Of a DNA stretch of 64,000 bases, positions 51,294-62,600 are shown piece by piece (position 1 is the first letter of the stretch; the number at the start of each line of letters is the position of its first letter). The translations under genes were made by a program, and so were the position numbers. The notes under the pieces were generated by a model that saw only the letters and a program-made list of their open reading frames with translations, did not search any database and was not told the DNA's origin. Source of the stretch: Octopus vulgaris (taxonomy: Eukaryota); assembly GCA_951406725.2 (NCBI GenBank), contig OX597815.1, positions 71,610,001 through 71,674,000 on the forward strand. The letters run 5' to 3'.

Positions 51294-53367
51294 TGTTGTA
51301 ACTGTAACTGTGGTTGTTATTTGGGCCTTGAGTACTCAACTAATAAAATACGACCCACCAGATTCCAGTGAAGAAGGAAGAGAACTTGTAACTTATTTTA
51401 CTTGCATAAGAATTATATTATAATGATCAGCAAGTGTCAGTTAGACAACAGACCCAAGTGAAAATGCACACAATGGAAGAGAGACTAGTTTTCAGGTACT
51501 CGCCAGGTTGGACTTCACATTCACATGCCAAAATAACTATTGGTCGTCTTATCTGTAACATTTTCCCCATCAACAAAAATTTTAATTCCACTGTTGTAGG
51601 ACTTTTTATGCAGATCTAAAATGATCTTGTTTGACTTCTGGCACACTTGAGTAGAATTTCATTGAGTTTGATTTGGGATCATTCTTTTGCATATATTCTT
51701 GAGATAAAGGTAAATTGAATTCTTCATGTAGAATGTTCAGGGGTATCTTGCTTCTTCAATCTTAATTATTTGGAATTATTTCTCTCTTTCTTTGTTGATT
51801 GACATGTCTTGTCCAGACTTGATTATCCACTTGAATTTTATAAATTACTTTTCCACATCACTTTTTTACTTTACCTGGAGACCACACTAAACTTTCCTTT
51901 TTAGATTGCTATACCCATATTGGCTGTCAGGGATGGAACTGCCTCATGTGCCTCTTGTACTGGTGGTTTAAATTTTGTTTTGCTTCCTTTCTACAATTGT
52001 GTGACAAAATATTCTCCATAATTATTCTAATTTTTCTCCTAAGCATAAGTTCTTCAGGTAACTTCTATTCAAGAGCAGTTGGGTTAGGAGTACTTTAGTA
52101 ACTAGTAAAAACCTTGGTATTAATTCTTCTGTGGTGTTTTCCTCTCCTTTTGAGTTAAAACGTGCTCTTTTAAAAGTATCAATAATTCTCTCTGTCAGTT
52201 CATTAGACTGAGGATGGCAGGAAGGTGCAAAAATATGTCTTGAATCATTGACTTTGCAAAATTGACTAAAACTTGACTATGTAAACTGAGGTCTGTAGTC
52301 TGATACCAAGCTCTTCTGATAAAGCAAATTGACTGAATACTTGCTTTAGCTTGTGAATGTGGATGAAGTTGAAATCTCATTATTCATGAAAATTTTATAC
52401 CACTTTGAAGAAGCATCAACTAGTAATAAAAAATATTTACCATTTGTAGGGCCTGCAAAATCAATGTGAACTCTGAACCATGATTTTTCTTATACTCGCC
52501 ATGGTTACCAATCAGACCTTCCTGGGCATCTTGCAACACCCCAATGAATCTTTGAAAACAGATGAATATTTTTACGTCTGTAAATGGGTAAAAGCATCAG
52601 ATTTGTGAAATTTAGAACGAACTATTGGTGGGATTACTCAAAGTGTTTGAATGTACGCAAATAGAGTTCACTGGTTTACTACATAAGTCCTGTTCAGTAA
52701 TCCAATCTAAACCAAATAAATCTTCTAAGGCATGTCAATTTGTTAGATAATAAGTTCATTCAAAAAGATTGAGTCAAACTGTTCTTCACACTTAATCATA
52801 CCAGTAAGTTTTAATTCTTTAGAGTCAGAGCCTCATTTTGAGTTTCAGTACCAAGAAGATGGATCCCTTTTCACAACTCTACAGTGGGCATGCACTTATT
52901 TCCACCCGCTCAAAAAAAATATAAAAAATTAAGTAATTACTTTACATATATAGGAAATTACATATATGTAGGAAATTAAATGAACTAATACAGTCATCTT
53001 CATCATTCGACTTTTCAGCTGATAGATCAGCCCTTTCATCTCCTAAGGGTTAAATTATTATCTGGTGCATTCTTAGCAATGTGTTCTATCTCAACTATCT
53101 GTGAGCAACCAAGTTGCCTCCCAAGTCTTGTGAGAAATCAACATGATATCAGATGCACTGTAAGTTAACTGGAGTATCATTTATGACTGAAACAATTAAA
53201 TATATTTTTTGTATGTATTTATTTTTTTTAATCCACTTTAAAACTGGCATTTTTGACATGTTACACCTGTAAAACTACTTTTCAGGAATATGCTAGGTTG
53301 AATACCGCATTCACATTCTAAAATGTTCACATGCCAAAAAAACTATAGGTCATCTTATCCAACACCA
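51294..53367 (-). mobile_element. Internally deleted Ty3/gypsy LTR retrotransposon remnant
   Basis: Integrase KSWFRVHIDFAGPTNGKYFLLLVDASSKW (~52400-52490), protease LFGLDWI (~52700-52720); 3' LTR 51294-51560 (TGTT..AACA) preceded by PPT GATGGGGAAAA; partial second LTR 53297-53367. Confidence 0.72.
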
Positions 53368-54000
53368 AACATATAGCCACCTCTACTCCTTCCCAAATAC
53401 TCTCCTCCTCTTCGTTGAGGGGGCTTTCTCCTTTTCCTTTTCTTACCTTTCTTGTCTTACAAGTTTCTTGGTAACCTCACTACTGCCAGTGTCATGTAAA
53501 AAAGCACCCAGTAAAGTTGTTGGCATTATGAAGGGCATCCAGCCATAGAAACCATGCCAAAACTGACCTTGGAGCTCAACACAACTCTGTAGCTTGTTGG
53601 ATCCTGTTGAACCATCCAACCCTTGCTAGTAGCATGAAAAACAGACATTTATTAATGATGACGTTAAAATAGGTTATCATTTCTAAATCATGTTTAAGAA
53701 TAACAGTGGAACATTTACTGATAGTGGTTACTCAATGCTGAGAATAGATTCAAATTTATATAATACCAAGTTAACTGACAGGGACTTCAAATTTTGCCTT
53801 ATCAGCTTGTATTGTTTATTCATTCACGTGATTATTTTTTAGTAATGTTTCCATTACACCAATCAGATACTATATAATAAATCTTTAATACTCACAAATA
53901 ATCAGATTATTAGAAATTTGTTTTTCTCAACAAATTTCTATATCACTTTTATGTCTTAAATTTAAAATTGCTGTGTGTGGTTTGTGCATACAAATATATA

Positions 54001-54531
54001 CAATAATGCCTATATATACAAGTTAATTTGTTCCCGGAGACTGCTTGTAAGGCAAAAATTCGTAAAGCAGAGCAATAATTTTCCATAGTAGCAATGTTAT
54101 AAACCGTAATTCATTTTACCTATAAAATTTATAATACTCATAAATGAATGGCAATAAAACAGCAGTAGAATGTAAAGAATATTTTATGTAAAGTAAAATG
54201 TATGTCAAGATCATTTCTAATAAAAAATATTATTGCAATCGTTTTCTGAATCACTTTCACTTGCACTAGACTCGCACACACCACCACTTGTAGACACGAT
54301 CACCAATTCACAAGCATGCGTAGACAGACTTGTAGATTTCTTTTTAAAAAACAAGTTTAGAGTTGTGTGCCTAGAAGAAGCTTTTTTCTTTTTGCTCTCT
54401 ATAAATTTCTTGTTAACACACAGAAGCATTTGTTATGGTAGGAGAAACTTTTGCACTTTGTTCAAAATTTGGATCTTGTGCTTGAAAAATAAAACTTATA
54501 AAGCAGGTCCTCATCAGGCGAGGTATTACTG
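54001..54531 (-). mobile_element. Tigger/pogo-like non-autonomous element
   Basis: TA|CAATAATGCCT ... AGGTATTACTG|TA; minus-strand remnant KKASSRHTTLNLFFKK typical of pogo/Tigger C-termini. Confidence 0.65.
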
Positions 54532-54684
54532 TATGTATGTGTGAGTGTGTGTGTGTGTATATATATATATTAAAGCAATAAAGTTAAAGTTTGGTCATAG
54601 AGTGACAAATTCTTTCGCATCCACAAAAGCCACACCTTTGTGGACAGCTCATCAGACTCTATAACAAGGACAAATTTAACTTTT

Positions 54685-56081
54685 TGTTGTGGCAGACACC
54701 CCCAGGTAAGAAGTGGGCTGGTCCACTACTAATAAATAGTGGACTGACACAGTAATGTCAGTCAGTGAGGTCTGCTGTTTGGGCCAGTCCCACAGACAAC
54801 AAAATACATTGTCATAATGCAGGATATAACAGTGGTGATGAGGATTCCTAGCTCACACAGCTGCTGATGTGTAGTAGTGGGGCATAACAGTGGTGACGAG
54901 GATACCTCTTACTGTGTAACAGCGTTGTTATACTAATAGTAACGAGGTTACGAACTCTCATAGTTGTGTCAAAATGGAAGACCTACATTCAAGAACAATG
55001 AAAGAAAGTTTGAAGGATTCGAACTCTAACACAATTGAATTTCACACAGGGAAAAGTAAAATACACTCAGTGAATAATATATATAAAAAAATGATTCTGA
55101 AGAAAAAAAAACACTAACACAGAATTGAACTACACACAGTGAAAAGTAATATACACACAGTGAAGAATATATAAAAAGTTTTTTTCTTCAAAAAAAACTA
55201 TGGTTCTGTGTGGATAAAAAAAAAAATAAAATAATAATAATAATAATAAGTCTGTTCGAAGGATTTATAAGTCAGGTTGCTATATGTAGTAGTGCTACCA
55301 GTAATAATGTAGACTTGGTACTACTTGTGGAATTTTGAAAGAAAATGGTTCTGTGTGGAACAAAAAATGATTCTGGTTAAAAGAAAAAAAATGAAAAAGA
55401 ATTAATGATACATTTAAAGCAAGTCATGCCAGAATATTTCAAATGTAAGCAGATATTATATGTTGAAATGGAAAACGAACCAGTTGCTAAGAAGGTTAAA
55501 ATGGATGAAGAAAATGCAAGCCATTTTGTGATTGGGGACATTAAACAGAGTCCTTCTTGAAAAGATTCCAGATGAAATGTCGATGGGAGTGACTAGTGAA
55601 GAACACGGAAAATTTTGAAATGAGAGAATCTGAGCCATCTGTTACTGGAAAAGGTCCTTCTGCTTAAAATGCTTCATTGAGGAATCGTTCTAATGCTAAC
55701 ACTTTAAAAGATAGTGAAGTTTGTAGGTAACCAATCCAGTTTCTGCCAAGGAAATTCATAGAAATGAATAGTATATAATGAATAATATATAATAATGTTG
55801 TATTGAAAGACAAAAAATATATATATAATTCTGTGTGGAACAAGAAAAATCTATATATGATAAATAGTTCTGGTTAGAAAAAAAAGTAAGGAAAAATCTC
55901 AAATCTCTAAGGAAAAAAAATGGAGAGGTGTTGTGGCGGATGCCCCCAGATGAGAAGTGCACTGGTCCACTAATAACAGATAGTGGACTGACGCAGTCAG
56001 TATTGTCAGTCAGCGAGTTTTGATGTTCAGGCCAGTCCCGCAGAGATGACGGAATATGGCATCATAATGCGGGACATAACA
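54685..56081 (+). mobile_element. Non-coding LTR retroelement with short LTRs (TRIM/LARD-like)
   Basis: LTRs 54685-54831 and 55929-56081 (TGTTG..TAACA); PBS TGGTGA(T/C)GAGG; PPT AAAATGGAGAGG; TSD CTTTT/CTCTT; no internal ORF. Confidence 0.85.
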
Positions 56082-56171
56082 CTCTTCATCTCCCAGTGAT
56101 GGAAAGTTGTTATGGTTAATTGGTCAAAAGGTCACCAGAAAATAAAAGTTCCAGCATTGGTGAGGATGAGT

Positions 56172-56238
56172 CATATATATAAGAATGTATGTATGTGCAT
56201 GTATGTATGTATGTGTATATATATATATATATATATGA

Positions 56239-56280
<42 letters not shown>

Positions 56281-56588
56281 GAGTATATATATATATATGA
56301 GTATATGTATATGAGTATGTATATGTATATATATATATGTATGTATATATATATTTATGTATATATGTATGTATATATATATATGTATATATATATGTAT
56401 ATATATATTTATATCTATATATGTATATATATATGTATATGTATATATATATTTATATATATATATATGTATATATATATGTATATATATATTTATATAT
56501 ATATATGTATATATATATTTATATATATATATATGTATATATATATGTATATATATATAGTATATATATATATGTTTATATATATATG

Positions 56589-56621
<33 letters not shown>

Positions 56622-56658
56622 TTATATATATATTTATATATATATGTATATATATATT

Positions 56659-56690
<32 letters not shown>
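56172..56690. repeat. Long degenerate (TA)n microsatellite
   Basis: About 520 bp of TA with G/T interruptions; generates spurious Y/I-rich ORFs. Confidence 0.95.
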
Positions 56691-57272
56691 ACTCCAATGC
56701 AACCGTACGACAGGCACCCATGCCAACCCCTTGCTTGTGAAGACATGTTGGGGCAAGCGAAATCGAAATCGAATTGAACCAGCCAGGATCCCTGGTCTGG
56801 TGGTACGTAAAAAGCACTATCCGACTCGTGGCCGTGGCATGTAAAATACTCCAATGCGACCATACGACAGGCACCCATGCCAACCCCCTTTGCTTGTGAA
56901 GACATGTTGGGGCAAGCGAAATCGAATTGAACCAGCCAGGATCCCTGGTCTGGTGGTACGTAAAAAGCACTATCCGACTCATGGCCGATGCCAGCACCGC
57001 CTCGACTGGCTTCCGTGCCGGTGGCACATAAAATACACCAATCTGACCGTGGCCGTTGCCAGCCTCGCCTGGCACCTGTGCAGGTGGCACGTAAAAAGCA
57101 CCCACTACACTCACGGAGTGGTTGGCGTTAGGAAGGGCATCCAGCTGTAGAAACATTGCCAGATTAGACTGGAGCCTGGTGCAGCCTTCTGGCTTCCCAG
57201 AACCCCGGTCGAACCGTCCAACCCATGCTAGCATGGAGAACGGACGTTAAACGATGATGATGATGATGATGA
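56689..57272 (+). mobile_element. RTE LINE 3' UTR fragment with ~158-bp internal tandem duplication
   Basis: Homologous to the reverse of 59661-60200; ends CCATGCTAGCATGGAGAACGGACGTTAAAC(GAT)n. Confidence 0.85.
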
Positions 57273-57286
57273 TATATGTATATATA

Positions 57287-57333
<47 letters not shown>

Positions 57334-57475
57334 GAAAAAAGCACATGTTATTAATTCAACAATGAAATAATTAAATTATACCATATAGGAAAAAAATTAA
57401 ATATAAGATAAAAACATATACCAATGATTAAGTAATGTAGAAAATGATAAATAAAAAGTATATAATTGGTAAAAT

Positions 57476-57556
57476 GACTACACATGTTTCATGGTTATAT
57501 TTAAAAACTGATAACAGTAAGACCAATTCAATTTAAATATAGCCACTCTTCAAGTC
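57476..57556 (-). ncRNA. Hammerhead-ribozyme-like motif with long stem II (U3 variant)
   Basis: GAC TTGAAGA GTGGCTATATTTAAA..loop..TTTAAATATAACCAT GAA ACATGTGT A GTC. Confidence 0.55.
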
Positions 57557-57810
57557 CAAGATAAAAACAATAAAATAATTAAATAAAGATATGTATATAA
57601 TCTTGTAAAATATGAAATATTTTAACAAATATATTCTGGTGTAAATAAAACTAGAATAAATAGGTATAAATATTTATTATATCTATGAAAATAAATTTTA
57701 ACCTATATAAGAAATGAATAACAAACTATAATATATCATTACTAGAAATTTAAAATACAATTAATTAAATTATTTAAAACAAATATATATATATATAACA
57801 AATATATATA

Positions 57811-58045
57811 TAGATGCAGATGTCTTTAAAATAAAACTGGATCTCTTCCTGTCAGGTGTTCAGATGAACCAACTTCACGGCAGGAGGTGCAGATGAGGGC
57901 AGCTGCATCGAACTCTCTCATGCACCAAATGGCAGTTGCTAAAAAGCATTTGTGAAGTAAAATCATGTAGCAACACCAAATGGCGGTGCCCCAGCATGGC
58001 CACAGCTCGTGAGCTGAAACTAGATAAAATAAAAAATAAAAAATA
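57811..58045 (+). mobile_element. CR1-like LINE 3' end
   Basis: DADVFKIKLDLFLSGV / DEPTSRQEVQMRAAASNSLMHQM; 3' UTR GGCGGTGCCCCAGCATGGCCACAGCTCGTGAGCTGAAAC followed by an A-rich tail. Confidence 0.8.
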
Positions 58046-59660
58046 ATATATATATAAAAATACAAAATATACATTAAGTGAAAACTAAAATACTATAATT
58101 TAATCTTTATACATTAGATTAAATTATTTATTATTAATAAACATCTAAGTTAAATCTTGTTCAAATTAAGTAATATATATACTAAAAAAACTTCACGTTA
58201 AGTTATATACATAATGCTAGTACAAACTATGAATGTTAGAATTAAAAATAGAAAATGGTTCAAATATATACACCCTATTATTTAAACTTACTATATTATT
58301 AATTTATATATAGTATATATAGATTTAATATTACACTTGCTTATAGAATTGACCAAAATATCAATTAATATTAAACTTATTTACTTAAATGTAATACTAC
58401 ATAACAAATAAACCTCCTAACTATTAAATAATATATTGTCTTACAAAACTATTTCACAAAGTAAATTATATGTAATACGTTCAATCACATTATAAAAATA
58501 ATAAATTAAATAGATATACATATCGTAACTAATAATTATCAAGAAACTATATATAAATTAATATTTAGCTAGATATACAGATTCAGCTAGACATACAGAT
58601 TATTTAATTAATTTTTTTCAACTAAACACTTTTAAACTTCCGATACTGGTAGAATGTGTCTCATAGAACAGGGTTTACTCTCAATGTTTTTGACAAAATA
58701 TTGTATTTTAGAAGTTATTTCGTTGGAAGTTACAGAGTGACAATGGACAAATTCATGTTTGATAAGTGCCAATACATGAAACTCTCAGCTTTTGACTTAT
58801 TCTCTAACTTCTGCCAATGATATATATATATATATACATATTACACATATGTGTAAAAACAAATCTCATCACGCAATTGAAGCAATGAAAGAACCTCTAC
58901 CTGGTCGTTTGACACGCTAAAAATAGCAGCCAAAGTATCCCCTACCTAAATCACATGCCTATTGTATGTAATGTCCTAGATTATCCCTAAAAAGATGGTT
59001 TGCTGAAGGCTGGAATGTCTTTGATGATATGTTTGTAGTATCAGGGTTGATTTGAGGTTAAATAACAACATTATGGGCAATTTCTATATTAACACCCACA
59101 CGATTTACACTAAGAAAAAAAATTGATTTTTTTGTGTGGAATCAAGTACTCTGACTTTCTAATATGCTGCAAATCTCATATTTACGTTCAGAAAAAATCG
59201 GGGATGGGCCCATCCTGGAATCATTGGAAACTTTTTTTTTTCCCTGAATGAATTCCTGTGACCTCCTAATATTGCAAAATTAGGTTACTTAAGGTGAGCC
59301 TGGTAACTGATGGCTTTTGGGTCTTGTTGTTTGTAACTTTTGGTGAGCCATGGTGCAACCAACAACATGGTAAAAATCTCTGCCATTAATTTGGTGTGGA
59401 TGGGTAATATTAAAATAATTCAATCACAACATATATTTAAATTAAACATGAAAAAATTGAAATCTTATCATCTTGGAAAAATTGAAATATCATCTTTCAG
59501 TATTTTATAAGGTAAAATCATTAATTATTAATTGACACATTATTAATTATCTTATAACAGCGATGCCTGGAAAAATCATGGATTATATGGAAAAATGCAA
59601 GCATGAAAAGTCATATTCTTAAGATTATAAACCTGGAAAATTACAGGACAAGTTATTACA

Positions 59661-62600
59661 TCATCATCATCATCATCATCATTTAGCGTCCGTTTTCCAT
59701 GCTAGCATGGGTTGGACGGTTCTGCTGGGGTCTGTGAAGCCAGAAGGCTTCATCAGGCCCAGTCAAATCTGGCAGTGTTTCTACGGCTGGATGCCCTTCC
59801 TAACGCCAACCACTCCGTGAGTGTAGTGGGTGCTTTTTACGTGCCACCCGCACTGGTGCCAGCCAGAGCTGGCAAACGGCCACGAACGGATGGTGTTTTT
59901 TATGTGCCACCGGCACGAGGGCCAGGCGAGGCTGGCAACGAACACGAAACGGGGCGGTGCTGGCAACGGTCGCAAAACGGAAGGTTCTCTTACATGCCAC
60001 CGGCACTGGTAACACATCTGCAATTTCCATTGATCGATTTCCATTGATCGATTTCGATTCTGATCCTCACTTGCCTCAATGGGTCTTCACAAGCAGAGTT
60101 TCGACATGCCACCGGCACTGGTAGCACATCCGCAATTTCCATTGATCGATTTCGATTCTGATCCTCACTTGCCTCAACACGTCTTCACAAGTAGAGTTTT
60201 GTGTCCCAAGAAGGGAAGGTATGCATACGTAGGCTGGCTCCATCCCATGTAGAAGGCCACGGGTTGTGGACTCACTTGTCCTGCCGGGTCTTCTCGCGCA
60301 CAGCACACTTCCAGAGGTCTCGGTCTCTAGTCATTTCCTCGGTGAGACCTAAAGTTCGAAGGTCGTGCTTCACCACCTCGTCCCAGGTTTTCCTGGGTCT
60401 GCCTCTTCCACAGGTTCCCTCAACCGCTAGGGTGTGGCACTTTTTCACACAACTATCTTCATCCATTCTCGCCACATGACCATACCAGCGCAAACGTCTC
60501 TCTTGCACACCACAACTGATGCTTCTTAGGTCCAGCTTTTCTCTCAAGGTACTTACACTCTGCCGAGTGTGAGTACTGGCATTACACATCCATCGGAGCA
60601 TACTGGCTTCATTTCTAGCGAGCTTACGCATATCCTCAGCAGTCACGGCCCATGTTTCACTGCCATGTAGCATGGCTGTTCGTACACACGCATCATACAG
60701 TCTGCCTTTCACTCTGTGCGAGAGGCCTTTTGTCACCAGCAGAGGTAAGAGCTCTCTGAACTTTGCCCAAGCTATTCTTACTCTAGCAGTTACACTTTCA
60801 GCACACCCGCCCCCGCTGCTGACTTGGTCACCTAGGTAACGGAAACTATCAACTATTTCTAGTTTTTCTCCCTGGAAAGTGACAGAAGTTGGTCTCAGAG
60901 CATTTTCAGTGTTTATTGTTCTTGAGCATCTGCCACATACAAAAACCATCTTCCTAGTTAGCCTTCCTTTGACATTGCTGCATCTCTTATGTGTCCATAG
61001 CTTACACTTGGTGCATCTTATAGAGTTTCTACCTACACCTTTTCTACAGATCGAGCAGGGCCATCTACCTGAAGGTGTTTGTGATTTGTCTACCTTCCTA
61101 CTGATTACGACTTTGGTTTTAGCTAGATTGACTCTGAGGCCCTTCGATTCTAATCCTTGTTTCCACACCTGAAACTTCTCCTCCAGTTCTGATAGCGACT
61201 CAGCAATTAGAGCAAGGTCATCAGCATAGAGGAGCTCCCAAGGGCATCCTGTCTTGAATTCCTCCGTTATTGCCTGGAGGACTATGATAAATAGGAGGGG
61301 GCTGAGTACTGAGCCTTGGTGGACCCCTACCTCTACCCGGAATTCTTCACTGTACTCATTTCCAACCCTCACCCTACTAGCGGCGTCCCTATACATGGCC
61401 CGCACAGCTCTCACTAACCATTCATCTATCCCTAGTTTTCTCATTGCCCACCAGATAAGGGATCGGGGGACCCTGTCGAAGGCTTTCTCCATGTCAACAA
61501 AAGCCAGGTACAGGGGCTTATCTTTGGCTAGGTATTTCTCCTGCAGCTGCCTTACCAGGAATATAGCATCAGTAGTACTTTTCCCTGGCACAAACCCAAA
61601 CTGCATCTCATCTAAACTAACTCTCTCTCTAATTAGTTGGGCTATGACCCTCTCTGTAACCTTCATCACCTGGTCCAACAGCTTGATACCTCTGTAGTTG
61701 TTTGTATCTAGGGCATCACCTTTACCTTTGTAGCAGTTGACTATTATACTGCTACACCAGTCATTGGGTATGACCCCTTTGTGTATCACCTGATTAACTA
61801 TATGGGTGACTAGGCTATAGCCGACACTACCAGACATTTTGAGCATCTCTGCAGTGATTCCTGATGGGCCTGGGGCTTTCCCTGTCTTCATGCTTCTAAT
61901 TGCCTTAGCTACCACAGAACTATCAACTCGGATAGCTGGTCCCTCTGTTGGGTCAACATTCGGCAGACTCTCTTTATCCCATTCATTTTCTTCATTCAGC
62001 AACCTTTCATAGTGGCATCTCCAAACCTCTCTCTTTGCATCCTCATTTAGCGCAAGTGAGCCATCTTCCATGCGAACACACTTCTCTCCTACCACATCAC
62101 GATTCTCTCTCACACACTGTCTTGCAACACGAAACACCTCCAGTCTTTGGTCCTCACGGCGCAGAACATTGGCAAATTTTTTCTTATCTGCTTCCCCTCT
62201 GGCTAAATAAACCTGTCTCCTAGCTTCTCTTTTGGCAGTCTGATACAATTCCCTGCTACCCCCATTTTTCCAGACCTTCCAAGCCTGTCTCTTTTCTCTA
62301 ATAGCCCTGTCTACAATATTGTTCCACCACCACGTTATTCTAGGTCGAGAGGGGACTTTGCACCAGCCACAGATCTGGTCAGTGGCTCTCAGCAGGTTGT
62401 CCCTTAGAAACGTCCAGCTGTCTTCTACCCCCTGTGATGCTCTATCCCCTTCTACTTCGTCAGAGGCTTCAAGTAATATGTCCCTAAATCTCTGTCCATT
62501 TGCAGGATCTTTAAGCTTCCAGATCCTTCTTCTCCATATTTGTCGTCTTCTGGTTGTCCTCCTAGTCCTGATCCTAAAGTCACTAACTACCAGTCTATGT

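Noticed and set aside
56116-57234. 372-aa and overlapping Y/I-rich ORFs
   Set aside because: Products of a (TA)n microsatellite plus antisense RTE UTR; the same applies to most short ORFs over TG/TA/GA repeats
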